Shown piece after piece: positions 9,601-20,782 of a DNA stretch of 64,000 bases. The stretch spans positions 3,736 through 67,735 of the forward strand of contig JBEKMW010000003.1 in assembly GCA_049523455.1 (NCBI GenBank). The letters are read 5' to 3'. The notes under the pieces are model-generated. The model had not been told where the DNA came from. It saw only the letters and a list, made by a program, of their open reading frames with translations, and searched no databases. How positions within the stretch are numbered: position 1 is the first letter of the stretch; each line of letters starts with the position of its first letter. Source of the DNA: Verrucomicrobiota bacterium. Lineage in GTDB: Bacteria > Verrucomicrobiota > Verrucomicrobiia > Limisphaerales > UBA11358. The position numbers were made by a program, and so were the translations under genes.

Positions 9601-9845
9601 ATCACGTCAATGCCCGGCACCGTGTAGAGTCCGTTCTCAATTGGAATCGTGTAGTAACGTTCCATCTCTCCCGCGGACAGTCCCGGCGCCTGTGCCGTGA
9701 TTTCCAAAATGACCGGGGTGGGATTCGGATACGCCTCAATGTCGAGTTTTTGGAAAGCCACGAACCCCGCGCCGGAAAACAGCAGCAACCCGAACACGAC
9801 AATCGCGCGGCGGCTCAGGCAGAAGGCGATGATGGAGTTGAGCAT
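6618..9845 (-). CDS. CzcA/CusA-family heavy-metal efflux RND inner-membrane pump
   Basis: 1075 aa. N-terminus MLNSIIAFCLSRRAIVVFGLLLFSGAGFVAFQKLDIEAYPNPTPVILEI is typical of HME-RND pumps. 12-TM architecture with two large periplasmic loops. Confidence 0.95.
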   Translation of the reverse strand: MLNSIIAFCLSRRAIVVFGLLLFSGAGFVAFQKLDIEAYPNPTPVILEITAQAPGLSAGEMERYYTIPIENGLYTVPGIDVIRSTSFYGLTFVRVVFNYGVDYDFAFSQSAIALQQNVTLPGGVVPNIQQNSGTGEILRYEVKGPKHFGITNLRTVEDWIVRRRLLQVHGVVAVNSWGGPTKEFDVEVGPDKLEAYSLTVPQMLTALGNANINVGGREITIGQQSINIRGVGLIDDGGNDDLAQGYRVTDIENVVLGQQNGVPLRLKDVAKVSVGAVPRLGIAGRDNDDDIAFGIVVMGRTYQTDQTLPAIKAEIERMNHDGSLPAGVQVDEFYDRGSLVAVTTHTVLHNLIFGCILIFLVQWIFLGDLRSAIIVGLNLPFALFFAIILLVIRGESANLLSLGAVDFGIIVDSAVILMENIFRNFQRPVEERKSLLDRLAAGVWGADPSKAADHAAPIHGWTDRLRLILVSAMQINKAVFFSVLIIVAAFVPLFTMQGVEGAIFGPMARTYAYALTGALIATFTVTPVLASFLLPEHLKEAKTIIVQGLHRLYDPTLRFALGHRGLVIGIGFLFLAVAGIFGTRLGSEFLPALDEGNLWIRAELPMTTSLQDGEAATRKMRLILLKYPEVTTVVSQHGRPDDGSDASPFSNVELFVPLKPYDQWPKGLTKDQLINDVQADFDDALPGVNFNFSQYIQDNIEEGISGVKGANSVKIVGPNLDTLTALAAQVRDQMAQVRGITDLGIFPVLGQPNLNITVDRDKAARYGLNTGDINSVIQAALGGTVATTVLEGDRQFNVAVRYPAEFRDSMEKIRILKVGYTTSTGANAYIPLRELATITLDTGAAWIYHEKGERFIPVKFSVRGRDLGGTVAEAQARIAQHVTLDKGYHLVWSGEFGELQTAKKRLEWIVPVSLVLILGLLYSLFNSLRECLLTLTGIPFTAAGGVLALYFAGLNFSISAAIGFISLFGVSVMIGILFVTYYHRARLRTGTPTEAIFQAASILMRPLLMMSLSAGIGLFPAAVSRGIGSEVQRPLATVVVGGMLFGSVMLLLVVPALQTLFLSRENGLPPKKEAK

Positions 9846-9852
9846 GGCGAAG

Positions 9853-9958
9853 GGATTGGATTGTTGGATTGCTGGATTATTGGATTATTGAGACGACGTT
9901 TGTTCGTTTTCCATTCATCCACAAATCCATTAATCCATTAATCCATTGTTCCATTGTG
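9853..9958. repeat. Two octamer tandem arrays in the MFP-czcA spacer
   Basis: GGATTGGATTGTTGGATTGCTGGATTATTGGATTATTG and CCATTCATCCACAAATCCATTAATCCATTAATCCATTGTTCCATTGTGG fill most of the 133-nt intra-operon gap. Confidence 0.9.
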
Positions 9959-9978
9959 GTTGTGCATTTGACCGCCGC

Positions 9979-10971
9979 TCAGTCGTCCACCGGGGCTTGC
10001 AGCATGTTGTCGAGGAAAATTGCCCCGTCCGTCACCACCAGTTCGCCGCCCTGCAAACCATCGAGGATTTGAACCTCTCCATCTTCCCGCAGCCCCGTCT
10101 TGACCAATCTCTGCGTGAAATGCCGGCGATCGGTGGTCACCCACACCGTCATCGTGCCATCGCCTTCGCGCACCACCCCATTGGCCGGGACCGCAATCGT
10201 CTCAATCGGCTTTGCCACCTCAATGGCCACATTGGCCAACATTCCCGGCCGCAGCTCATCCCGGGAGTCGTTGACTGTACAACGAATTGCCAGGCGATGG
10301 ATATTCGGGTCAACCGTCGCGTAGATTTTGGAAACCTTGCCCTCCAGGTCGAGATTCGGGAAGGCCATGACCTTGATGTGAACGGTCTGTCCGGTGTGAA
10401 TCAGCGGGCTGTCACTCTCCAGCACGTTCGCCAGCACCCATTTAACCGGGCTTGACGAAGCCGGGGCAGAACTGATTTCGCCGGCGGTTATCATGGCATC
10501 AATTTCGGCGTCCGTCTTGCCCAAGGCGCGGAGGGCGTCGCGCACCGCTTTGAGCGCAGCGCCGGCACTTTGCTCGTCCGACGTTGCCTGCTCCAGTTCA
10601 CGCCGGGACACGCCGTTGGTTCCGTAAAGTGCCTGTGCGCGGAGCAATTCGTTGCTGTTCACTACATAAGTGGCAGCCGCGGCAACCAAGGTGGATTTAG
10701 CCTGCACAATCGCGGGATCCTCCTCAAAGCTCACACTTCCCACCGCCTCTTTTTCCACGGGAAAACGGTATGTTCCCACCGGCCCGATTTTGACGGAATT
10801 CAGTTGATTGGACGATAATTCAACTGTCGCCTCGCTGGGCGCCGAATTGGAATTCGCGGTTGCGTTGCTGTCCACCCCGGCGCCCGCGTCAGAACCTTGG
10901 CTGCGGCCGCAGCCCGACGTCAAAAGGCCCGTCGCAATTACCATAACTGCAACCGCTGCCAGCCTGCCCAT
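9979..10971 (-). CDS. RND efflux periplasmic adaptor (membrane-fusion protein, CzcB/CusB-like)
   Basis: Lipoprotein-like start MGRLAAVAVMVIATGLLTSGCG (ATG at 10971). Coiled-coil hairpin and beta-barrel regions, and a position directly upstream of the pump. The longest ORF extends to 11097 through a dispersed repeat. Confidence 0.85.
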   Translation of the reverse strand: MGRLAAVAVMVIATGLLTSGCGRSQGSDAGAGVDSNATANSNSAPSEATVELSSNQLNSVKIGPVGTYRFPVEKEAVGSVSFEEDPAIVQAKSTLVAAAATYVVNSNELLRAQALYGTNGVSRRELEQATSDEQSAGAALKAVRDALRALGKTDAEIDAMITAGEISSAPASSSPVKWVLANVLESDSPLIHTGQTVHIKVMAFPNLDLEGKVSKIYATVDPNIHRLAIRCTVNDSRDELRPGMLANVAIEVAKPIETIAVPANGVVREGDGTMTVWVTTDRRHFTQRLVKTGLREDGEVQILDGLQGGELVVTDGAIFLDNMLQAPVDD

Positions 10972-11681
10972 AGACTGAATGCTGGTGGGGAAAGTTTGGA
11001 GTCCCGCGTTTACGCGGAGCTTGGATCCAAACCGCCTGAAGGCGGAACTCCGAACGGCGGCGCGGCGCGGCGTCCTCGCCTGTTTCAGACAGTACATCTC
11101 CTCAAACTAACGGGGTGGGGATTTTTGTCTGTTAGGCTCCCCCTAAATCTTTTGTAGGGCGAAACCTGACACGCGGAATCAACGGGCTGCGCTCCTGGAC
11201 ACGGGCAAATCTACACTGGGTTCTTTCCCGAAGTGGCGCCTGGGGTTGGGAGTTCCGGCTTTAGGCGGCCAATCGCAAGCTTTCACCCGAACCGCCTGAA
11301 TCCGCAACCACTGGATCGCGGGTTGTCCCAACCCGCAGCACTCGCCAACGCGGTCAGTCATAGTACCGCCTCCGATTTGCAGTAGGGTGTACTGCGAGTT
11401 GACACTACCCGCAGCCGCGGCCACAGCGCCTTAAAATTTCGTTTGAGAGATGAAGGTTGAGAGTCCAGATTTCAGACGTGTACCAACCGCCACTGGCCGG
11501 GGCTCGGCTGGACGTTAGGCGCTTCGACATTTGCGATGAAATTAGCGTTTGCCACGCTCGCAATTTAGGGTCAGCCTCCGGTAAGCGTGGCTCGGTTTTG
11601 GGCTGCTAGGCGATCCATGAACAGCATCAATTTTATAGTTCCATATCGGCATGATGGCATGTTGTAACAGTCTCCACCTCC

Positions 11682-12230
11682 ATGCAAACTGTTACGTCAT
11701 ACGAGCAGCGCGCCCTGCAGGCATTAAAGGAGTTGGGTATTCCAGCAACATTCGTAACGCAGCGCCGCCGTCCGCTCCATTCCGAGTGCGAAGATTTGGT
11801 TTCTATTGGTCTGGACCTATTTGGGCGGGAGCAGCGGTTGGAACGGCGCGCGGCGTCACATTGGCAGGCCATGGTTGCGGCCGCCCAGTTTGACGGAGTC
11901 GTGTTGGTGGCCATTTCCGGTTTCCGTAGCTTTGATTATCAGCGGCAAATTATTGCGCGAAAGCTGGCGGCCGGATTGTCCATCGAACAGATTGTCAGCA
12001 GCAGTGCGTTGCCGGGCTTTAGCCAACACCATACCGGACGCGCCATTGACATTGGAACGCCAGGGTGCCCGCCGATCACCGAAGAGTTCGAGCGGACGCC
12101 GGCGTTTGATTGGCTGAAGCGGCGAAGTCATGCTTTTGGATTTCGCATGACGTATCCGAGGGACAATCAGTCAGGAGTGGTTTATGAGCCCTGGCATTGG
12201 GTGTTCCGCGACGATACTGCCATCCAGTGA
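11682..12230 (+). CDS. VanY-like D-alanyl-D-alanine carboxypeptidase (peptidase M15B)
   Basis: Zn-ligand and catalytic motifs SGFRS, HHTGRAIDI and EPWHW. Confidence 0.85.
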   Translation: MQTVTSYEQRALQALKELGIPATFVTQRRRPLHSECEDLVSIGLDLFGREQRLERRAASHWQAMVAAAQFDGVVLVAISGFRSFDYQRQIIARKLAAGLSIEQIVSSSALPGFSQHHTGRAIDIGTPGCPPITEEFERTPAFDWLKRRSHAFGFRMTYPRDNQSGVVYEPWHWVFRDDTAIQ

Positions 12231-12303
12231 TGGCAAATAACTCAAGCGCCCTTCTCGATTTGGCGAAGACCAATCTGTTTTGGTAAGCTGGCGGGAGGCC
12301 ATT

Positions 12304-12828
12304 ATGAGCTGGCGCTTCTGGAACAAACTTCAATCCGGTCCAAACCGGGCCGCCGTGATCAATGCGGCGCGCACGGCGACGGCGGCGGTTGCCTCTTTCC
12401 TGGTCGCGCGCGCCTGCCGGCTTCCCGAAGCCTATTGGGCGACAGTTTCAACCATGATTGTCATGCAATCGTCCTTGGGCGCCTCTCTGCCCATAGCCGG
12501 ACGACGGTTTGCGGGCGCGGCTTTGGGGGCAGCCTCGGGCGCGCTGATCGGCCTTTGCCTAAAGCCGAACGTCTGGATATTTGGCGCCGGCGTCTTTCTA
12601 CTGGGATTGATTTGCGCTCTCCTTGGCCGTGCCAACAAAAGTTTGCGGGAAAATCTCGACTCCAGCGCCTACCGTTATGCCGGCATCACGCTGGCCGTTA
12701 CGATCCTGATTCCGCGTCCCCTGCCGATTTGGATGATCGCCGCCCACCGCTTCTGCGAGGTGTCCATCGGCATCGCCGTCGCCCTGGCCATAACGGTGTT
12801 ATGGCCCGACCGCTCCGCTGACCGTTAA
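12304..12828 (+). CDS. FUSC/aromatic-acid-exporter-like integral membrane protein
   Basis: About 174 aa with 4-5 hydrophobic helices. Contains EAYWATVSTMIVMQSSLGASL, which resembles FUSC-family N-terminal domains. ATG at 12304 inside ORF 12280..12828. Confidence 0.55.
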   Translation: MSWRFWNKLQSGPNRAAVINAARTATAAVASFLVARACRLPEAYWATVSTMIVMQSSLGASLPIAGRRFAGAALGAASGALIGLCLKPNVWIFGAGVFLLGLICALLGRANKSLRENLDSSAYRYAGITLAVTILIPRPLPIWMIAAHRFCEVSIGIAVALAITVLWPDRSADR

Positions 12829-12909
12829 TCCAGTCAACCACCGCGACTTCAGTCGGATCGGCCCGCAGTTCAGCACTCGGCATTCCGCACTCTGCATTAA
12901 ATACTTCCT

Positions 12910-13575
12910 TTACCGGCCCGCCTTCGGCTCGTTCCACCGAATGGCTTCGCGCAGCAGTTGCGTGGCGCTGGTCAGATTCAGCTTTTCCTTGATCCGGGCG
13001 CAATAGGCCTGGACGGTTTTAATGTTGACGCCCAGGATCTCGGCTATCTGCCGCGTGCCGATGCCCTGGCCCAGTTTCTCAAAGACCTCCAACTCGCGGT
13101 CACTCAACAATTCCACCGGCGACTGGCTGGCCGCCGGCTTGCCGGTCGCGGCCCGAACGGTCATGGCTTCGGCAATTTTTTCGCTGACGTAAAGCCTGCC
13201 TTCCAGCACGCGCCGGATGGCCTCCACCACCTTTTGTGCCGTTTCGCTTTTGTTGATATAGCCGCGGGCGCCGGCCCGGAGCACGCGCTCGGCATAAAGC
13301 GATTCGTCGTGCATGGACAACACGAGCACGGGCACACCGGGCGACAGTTCCTTGAGATTTTTGATGAGGTCAAGACCCGAGGAACTTTTCAGGCTGATGT
13401 CCACGATGGCCAGATCGGGCCTGGCGCCGGTAATCGCCGACAGCGCGGCGGGCGCGCTCGCGCTGTCGCCGCAAACAACCAGGTCCGACTGCTGGTTGAT
13501 CAGGTTCGTAAGCCATTCGCGGACGAGCGGATGGTCGTCCACCAGAAAGATCTTCTTTTTGCCGAAGCCATTCAT
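12910..13575 (-). CDS. NarL/FixJ-type response regulator (REC + LuxR HTH)
   Basis: KKIFLVDDHPLV, phospho-acceptor context DLAIVDISL and LuxR HTH LSDRELEVFEKLGQGIGTRQIAEILGVNIKTVQAYCARIKEKL. The ATG at 13575 overlaps the kinase stop (ATGA). Confidence 0.9.
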   Translation of the reverse strand: MNGFGKKKIFLVDDHPLVREWLTNLINQQSDLVVCGDSASAPAALSAITGARPDLAIVDISLKSSSGLDLIKNLKELSPGVPVLVLSMHDESLYAERVLRAGARGYINKSETAQKVVEAIRRVLEGRLYVSEKIAEAMTVRAATGKPAASQSPVELLSDRELEVFEKLGQGIGTRQIAEILGVNIKTVQAYCARIKEKLNLTSATQLLREAIRWNEPKAGR

Positions 13576-14615
13576 GATTTCGCTGCTGCCGGCAGGTTGC
13601 AGACGACCAGCGTGCCGCCAGTTGGATTCGGTTCGACCGAGAGGGCGCCGCCGATAATCGCCGCGCGATGCGCCATAATACGGGTGCCCAGGCCACTGCC
13701 GTCCTTCCAATCGTCCGGCAAGCCCGTTCCATCATCCTCGATGCTCAAGGTAATGCCGGCCTCGTGCTCGTGGAGCCCGATAATGATATGCTGGGCTTTG
13801 CCGTGGCGGATGGCGTTGCTGACGGCTTCCTGGGCAATGCGATAAAAATTCTCCGCCACGGTCGCCCGATGCACCAACACCGGTGATTCGCATTCAAAGA
13901 CGCAGCCGACCTTCGACCATTTGCTGATGCCGGCGGCCAGTTCCTGCAGGGCCGCCATCAAGCCTTCCGCTTCCAGTTCGACCGGGGAGAGGCCGCGCGC
14001 GAGTTCGCGCGCCATGGCAATGCCTTCCTCCGCCAGCGCCACAATTTTCGCCGCGTCCTCGGATTCGGGCGCGGCATTGGCGTTGAGTTTTTCGCGCAGC
14101 ACCTGCGCCGCCATGGCGGTGCTGGTGAGATGCTGGCAGAAATTGTCGTGCAAATCGTGGCCGATGCGGCGTTGCTCGCGTTCGCTGATGTCGAGCAATT
14201 CCTTTTCCAGCCGCTCGCGCCCGGCGATTTCACGGGTGAGCGCCAGGGTGCGCTGCTGCACCCGGTTTTCCAATTCGCGGTTGAGCGAGCGCAGCCGGTC
14301 CAGCAGCCAGACGACGACGCCGTAAAAGGCCAGCAGAATGGCCGCGTTCCAGGCCGGGATAAACAGATTAGGAAACCGCGCACCCGCCGTATAATCGCCC
14401 GCCAGCCAGGAGACAATGCTCAGGACCGACATCGCCAATCCAAATCTCCGGCCGACGAACCAGACCGCAAAGCCAATCGCCAAAAGATAGAAGGCGGAAA
14501 ACGAAAGATTGAACCCGGTGAGATAATCCACCACCCCCACGACGATCAGCAATCCAAAGCTGACCGCCACCAGAAGCGGTCGCGGATATCTTTCAACATT
14601 GCGGAATGAGTTCAT
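13572..14615 (-). CDS. Membrane sensor histidine kinase (HisKA_3 / HATPase_c)
   Basis: Four N-terminal TM helices. H-box RRIGHDLHDNFCQHL, N-box NAIRHG, and G-boxes DDGTGLP and GLGTRIM. ATG at 14615 (MNSFRN); the longest ORF reaches 14657. Confidence 0.85.
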   Translation of the reverse strand: MNSFRNVERYPRPLLVAVSFGLLIVVGVVDYLTGFNLSFSAFYLLAIGFAVWFVGRRFGLAMSVLSIVSWLAGDYTAGARFPNLFIPAWNAAILLAFYGVVVWLLDRLRSLNRELENRVQQRTLALTREIAGRERLEKELLDISEREQRRIGHDLHDNFCQHLTSTAMAAQVLREKLNANAAPESEDAAKIVALAEEGIAMARELARGLSPVELEAEGLMAALQELAAGISKWSKVGCVFECESPVLVHRATVAENFYRIAQEAVSNAIRHGKAQHIIIGLHEHEAGITLSIEDDGTGLPDDWKDGSGLGTRIMAHRAAIIGGALSVEPNPTGGTLVVCNLPAAAKS

Positions 14616-14953
14616 CAGCCAGCTTTCGCATGATTGAACAGGTTGGGAAAACCGCAAGCAGAAAGGGTGGAACCCATTCGCCCGTAGCGCCCGCGTCCCG
14701 CGTGCGGGTCCGCTTGATGTCCGCTTGCTGCTAGCGCCATGCGAACCTGCTTATGCACCATCGGATGGGACTCGGGATTCCGCCGCAGCGATGCCAGACA
14801 GGCATCCACACATCGCAAAAACTCGCCGCCCAGACCGGCTTGACGCTGCTCATACCAGGAGTGGGCATCCAGCAGCTCCGCTTCGGCTGCCGGCTTGAAA
14901 ACGGCCCGCCGGATCCTTTTCTCTTGCCCAGACGGCGCTTCAGATCGTCCCAT
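14615..14953 (-). pseudogene. ParE/RelE-family toxin remnant (C-terminally replaced)
   Basis: RAVFKPAAEAELLDAHSWYEQRQAGLGGEFLRCVDACLASLRRNPESHPMVHKQVRMAL matches the N-terminal two thirds of ParE-type toxins. The expected RRFPY...Y core is missing. It is replaced by sequence containing a GACCCGCACGCGGGAC hairpin repeat. Confidence 0.45.
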
Positions 14954-15135
14954 TCCGTCCCGCTATCCGGATGAAGCCGATGATCCTCAACCCTTCGGTC
15001 CAGTTCCTCTCGCTGCGCGTCTGAAACCGGCACCGGCTCGCCTGCAGCGGCAATCGAATCCCAAATGTCCTCCGCCAATTGAATGCGTTCGGCCACGCTC
15101 ATGGCCAAAACGTCCCTCATCATAATCGCGCTCAT
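14731..15135 (-). CDS. Addiction-module antitoxin component (TIGR02574-like), apparently read through into the toxin region
   Basis: MSAIMMRDVLAMSVAERIQLAEDIWDSIAAAGEPVPVSDAQREELDRRVEDHRLHPDSGTEWDDLKRRL is the typical full antitoxin. No stop follows, and the frame continues about 65 codons over the toxin remnant. Confidence 0.5.
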   Translation of the reverse strand: MSAIMMRDVLAMSVAERIQLAEDIWDSIAAAGEPVPVSDAQREELDRRVEDHRLHPDSGTEWDDLKRRLGKRKGSGGPFSSRQPKRSCWMPTPGMSSVKPVWAASFCDVWMPVWHRCGGIPSPIRWCISRFAWR

Positions 15136-15448
15136 GTATCTGAATCCGTCATTCCATGACCGCTGATTGAAGGCCAATTCACGCGGCGCGAACTCGCGCG
15201 CATTACTTGGCATTGAGCGCCTGCTTCAAATTCTTTCGGGATTGGATGTTCGATGTTTCCACTTTCCCTGGTTATTCGCAATCGGCAATCGGCAATTCCC
15301 TTCATCCTGCCAAAAAATCCGCGCAATCCGCGGTCAAAATATCCGCAATTCGCGTCAATTCGGGAAAATCGCGGATTAAGTCCTTCCCGTTTTGTCTTGC
15401 ATTTCAGAAGGCAAAATGATATTCACAGGCAAATCTCGGAGCAACCGC

Positions 15449-18202
15449 ATGAAAACGTTCTTTTTTCTTTCGGCGCTCATTGCCGGCGCCCTCCTCTCTT
15501 TCCGCGCCTGCGCCGCGGTGTTTTACGTGAACGCGAATAACGCGAATCCAACCCCGCCCTACCTGAATTGGGCCACCGCGGCCACCAACATCCAGGACGC
15601 CGTGTCGCTCAGCGCGGCGGGCGACACCGTTTGGGTGACGAATGGCATTTATCAATTCAGCGGCGGCCCGGACTCAAGCGGGAATTCAAATCGCGTGTTC
15701 GTAGCCAGTCCAAACGTCACACTGCAAAGCGTCAATGGCCCGGCCGCGACCATCATCCAGGGCTATCAAGTTCCGGGCACCACCAATGGCAGCGCGGCCG
15801 TTCGCTGCGTTTACCTCTCGCGCGGCTCGACACTCTGCGGCTTCACCCTGACCAACGGCGCCACGGGCTGGAACGCCTCCTCCTCCGGCGGGGGCGTATG
15901 CGGCCAGGATTGGACCTGCTCGGCAGCCAATTGTGTTATCACCGGCAATGCCGCTTTAAACCTCGCCGGAGGCGCCGAAAACTGCACTTTGATCAATTGC
16001 CTGCTTACCAGCAACATCACCTTCAGCGCGGTGGGCGGCGCCGCAGACGACTGCCAGTTATTCAACTGCACGGTTGCCAACAATTTCAGTCCGGTTTCCG
16101 GAAGTGGATCCTTCGCGGCAAACTCGATCCTATACGACAATAACGATAACCTGTACGCACAAAACATTCCTGTCACCAATTGTTGTGTCGATTATTCCTA
16201 TGTCGCATATGCTGGCACAAACGCGATGTTCGGCCCGCCCCCCTGGGTCAATGAGTCTGTCGGCGATTATCATCTCGCCCTCGGCTCACGCTGCATTGGC
16301 GCGGGCAACACCAACTTCGTTTATACGGCCACGGATTTGGACGGCAACCCGCGCATCGTCGGCGGCGCGGTGGACCTAGGCGCCTACCAGAGCGACTACA
16401 CCAACGTCGTCCACTACGTGAGCTTGAGAAGTCCGGGTCCCGTGCCGCCCTACACCAACTGGAGTACTGCGGCCGCCACCATCCAGCAGGCCATCAGCGT
16501 GGCTCAAAGCGGCGAAGTGGTGGTAGCAGACTGGACCGATTACCGAGGGTACTACAATTCCAGCAACACGGTCATCTATGGACAAGAGGGCAACCGCATA
16601 GCCATCACCAATGCCATCACGGTGGTGGGTCTGTATGGGCCGGCCTCCACCACTGTCACCGGGGCCGGCGGGACGCGCTGCGCTTACGTGGGCAGCAACG
16701 CCGTATTAATCGGATTCACCCTGGCGAATGGCCAGGGTAGGCAGACTGGGGGCGATCTCATCAAGGAACAGAGTGGTGGGGGTGCCTGGTGTGAGGTGGG
16801 CGGGGTGATTTCCAATTGTATCGTCGGTGGCGAATTTGGATATTACAACAACAACGTCTATGGCGGCTATGGAGCCGGAGTATATGGAGGAACGATTTAC
16901 AACAGCACGATAACTGGTAATTATGCGCAATCTGGAGGAGGCGCCGCAGCCTCGGCAACACTTTACAACTGCACACTTTCATACAATGAAACCGGCACCG
17001 GGGCGTATCAGTGCGCCCTTTATGACTGCACCATCGCTAACAACTCGCCCACCGGCGCCGGGGCCACCCAATGCACGCTTTCCAATTGCACGGTGAGCGC
17101 CAGTTCCGGCAATGGGGTCAGCCAAAGCGTACTATACAATTGCACCGTGACCGGGAGTACCAGCGCCGGGGCCAGTCAATGCACATTGTATGACTGCACC
17201 TTGATCGGGAATACCAACACCGGGGCCAGTCAAAGCACATTGCACAATTGCACCGCGACCGGCAACCTCGGAGGCGGGGCTTCCGGCTGCACCAATTATA
17301 ACTGCACATTTGCGTTCAATTCCGGAGGCGGTGGGGCTTCGGGGGGCATTTCGTATAATTGTATCCTGTCAACCAACACACGTAGCTTTGGAGGCGGCGG
17401 CGCCATTGACGGCACCCTCTACAATTGTCTCATCAAAAATAACTCAGGAGTAAATGGCGGCGACGCGTACGGATGCACGCTCTACAACTGCACCATTACC
17501 GGCAACTCCGCCGGCACGGGGGGCGGAGTGGTTAGCGGCACCCTTTACAACTGCATTATTTACTCCAACTCTTCCCCGAACGGCGCCAATTACGCTAACT
17601 CCACCTTGAATTATTGTGACACGACGCCGCTTCCTACCAACGGCGTCGGCAATATCTCCAGCGACCCCGCGTTCGTAAATCCCGCCGGCGGCAATTTCCA
17701 TGTTTCATCCAACTCCCCCTGCATCAACTCCGGCGACAACGCTTACGTCACCGTCACCAATGATTTGGACGGCAACGCGCGCATCGTCGGCGGTACCGTG
17801 GACATGGGCGCCTACGAGTACCAAACCCCCTCCTCCGTCATCTCCTACGCCTACCTTCAGCAATACGGCCTGCCCACCGACGGCTCGGTGGATTTCGCCG
17901 ACTTGGACGGCACACCCTTTACCGTCTATCAGGATTGGATCGCCGGGTTGAATCCCACCAACCCCGCTTCGGTTCTGGTCATGTTGCCGCCCGCCGCCAG
18001 CAACAACACCGCCGGCATCACCGTGACCTGGCAGAGCGTCAGCGGCATCACCTACTTCCTGCAAAGCAGCACCAACCTGACCGCCCAGCCCGCCTTTTCG
18101 ACCATTCAAACCAACCTCCTGGGCCAGCCCGGCACGACCAGCTACACCGACACCACCGCCACCAACCCCGTCCCCTACTTCTACCGCGTCGGAGTCCAGT
18201 GA
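15449..18202 (+). CDS. Secreted right-handed beta-helix repeat protein with C-terminal FYRV module
   Basis: Signal peptide MKTFFFLSALIAGALLSFRACAA. Dozens of short repeats of the form C(T/A)LYNCT..N.. and two DLDGN(P/A)RIVGG.VD.GAY(E/Q) motifs typical of choice-of-anchor/beta-helix proteins. C-terminus ends ITVTWQSVSGITYFLQSSTNL...YFYRVGVQ. Confidence 0.8.
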   Translation: MKTFFFLSALIAGALLSFRACAAVFYVNANNANPTPPYLNWATAATNIQDAVSLSAAGDTVWVTNGIYQFSGGPDSSGNSNRVFVASPNVTLQSVNGPAATIIQGYQVPGTTNGSAAVRCVYLSRGSTLCGFTLTNGATGWNASSSGGGVCGQDWTCSAANCVITGNAALNLAGGAENCTLINCLLTSNITFSAVGGAADDCQLFNCTVANNFSPVSGSGSFAANSILYDNNDNLYAQNIPVTNCCVDYSYVAYAGTNAMFGPPPWVNESVGDYHLALGSRCIGAGNTNFVYTATDLDGNPRIVGGAVDLGAYQSDYTNVVHYVSLRSPGPVPPYTNWSTAAATIQQAISVAQSGEVVVADWTDYRGYYNSSNTVIYGQEGNRIAITNAITVVGLYGPASTTVTGAGGTRCAYVGSNAVLIGFTLANGQGRQTGGDLIKEQSGGGAWCEVGGVISNCIVGGEFGYYNNNVYGGYGAGVYGGTIYNSTITGNYAQSGGGAAASATLYNCTLSYNETGTGAYQCALYDCTIANNSPTGAGATQCTLSNCTVSASSGNGVSQSVLYNCTVTGSTSAGASQCTLYDCTLIGNTNTGASQSTLHNCTATGNLGGGASGCTNYNCTFAFNSGGGGASGGISYNCILSTNTRSFGGGGAIDGTLYNCLIKNNSGVNGGDAYGCTLYNCTITGNSAGTGGGVVSGTLYNCIIYSNSSPNGANYANSTLNYCDTTPLPTNGVGNISSDPAFVNPAGGNFHVSSNSPCINSGDNAYVTVTNDLDGNARIVGGTVDMGAYEYQTPSSVISYAYLQQYGLPTDGSVDFADLDGTPFTVYQDWIAGLNPTNPASVLVMLPPAASNNTAGITVTWQSVSGITYFLQSSTNLTAQPAFSTIQTNLLGQPGTTSYTDTTATNPVPYFYRVGVQ

Positions 18203-18629
18203 TTAACGATTTACGCCAACGCGTGGCCTCACGGGCTGCAAAATAATCTTCTCGCCCCAGGCGATTGCGGACCTGGAGGAGCGAAGCAGTTCCTCCTGAT
18301 CCAAACTTCGCACTCCGCAATCGGTAATCGGCATTCGGAAAACGGCAATCCCTCGACGGTATCTGCGGCCAGATACGGCCTTCCCATGGACCGGGGGAAC
18401 ATCCAATGCTTTGGCCGATGAACCGGCATAAATGCCGCGCGCCGGAAATTAGGACAGCGGCGCGCACGGAGTGACGCGCCCTACCGAGGGGGAGGCAGCG
18501 TCTAATTTGGGCACTCGCGGTCGGGACGACCGCGGCCATCCGCGAGACGCGGGTGCTACATTATGAAATTCGGACACTACCCAGCCCTGCGGCGGCTTGA
18601 CGATTCGCGTGAAACGTCCTAATTTTGAG

Positions 18630-18740
18630 GATGTTCGGGGAGCCAACCTGGCCGTAAGGCGGCCCAAGGCTGAGAGTTTCGCGCGGAACGCGGAAGACCC
18701 GTTGAACCTGATCCGGGTAATGCCGGCGTAGGAATATGTT
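18630..18740 (+). promoter_or_regulatory. TPP (THI-box) riboswitch
   Basis: GGGGAGCC...GGCTGAGAG...GACCCGTTGAACCTGATCCGGGTAATGCCGGCGTAGGAA contains the CUGAGA and ACCUGAUC.GG.UAAUGCC.GCGUAGG signature. It sits about 100 nt upstream of thiC. Confidence 0.85.
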
Positions 18741-18785
18741 CCATCCTTTGGCCGTATTCCCCTTCAGGCAAAACGTGATGCGTGA

Positions 18786-20780
<1,995 letters not shown>

Positions 20781-20782
20781 AT

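Noticed and set aside
6897-9941. 1014-aa ORF on the plus strand
   Set aside because: It lies entirely antisense to the strongly conserved CzcA-like pump. The composition is R/H/Q/G/D-rich and low in complexity, with no motifs. This is a typical shadow ORF of a high-GC gene.
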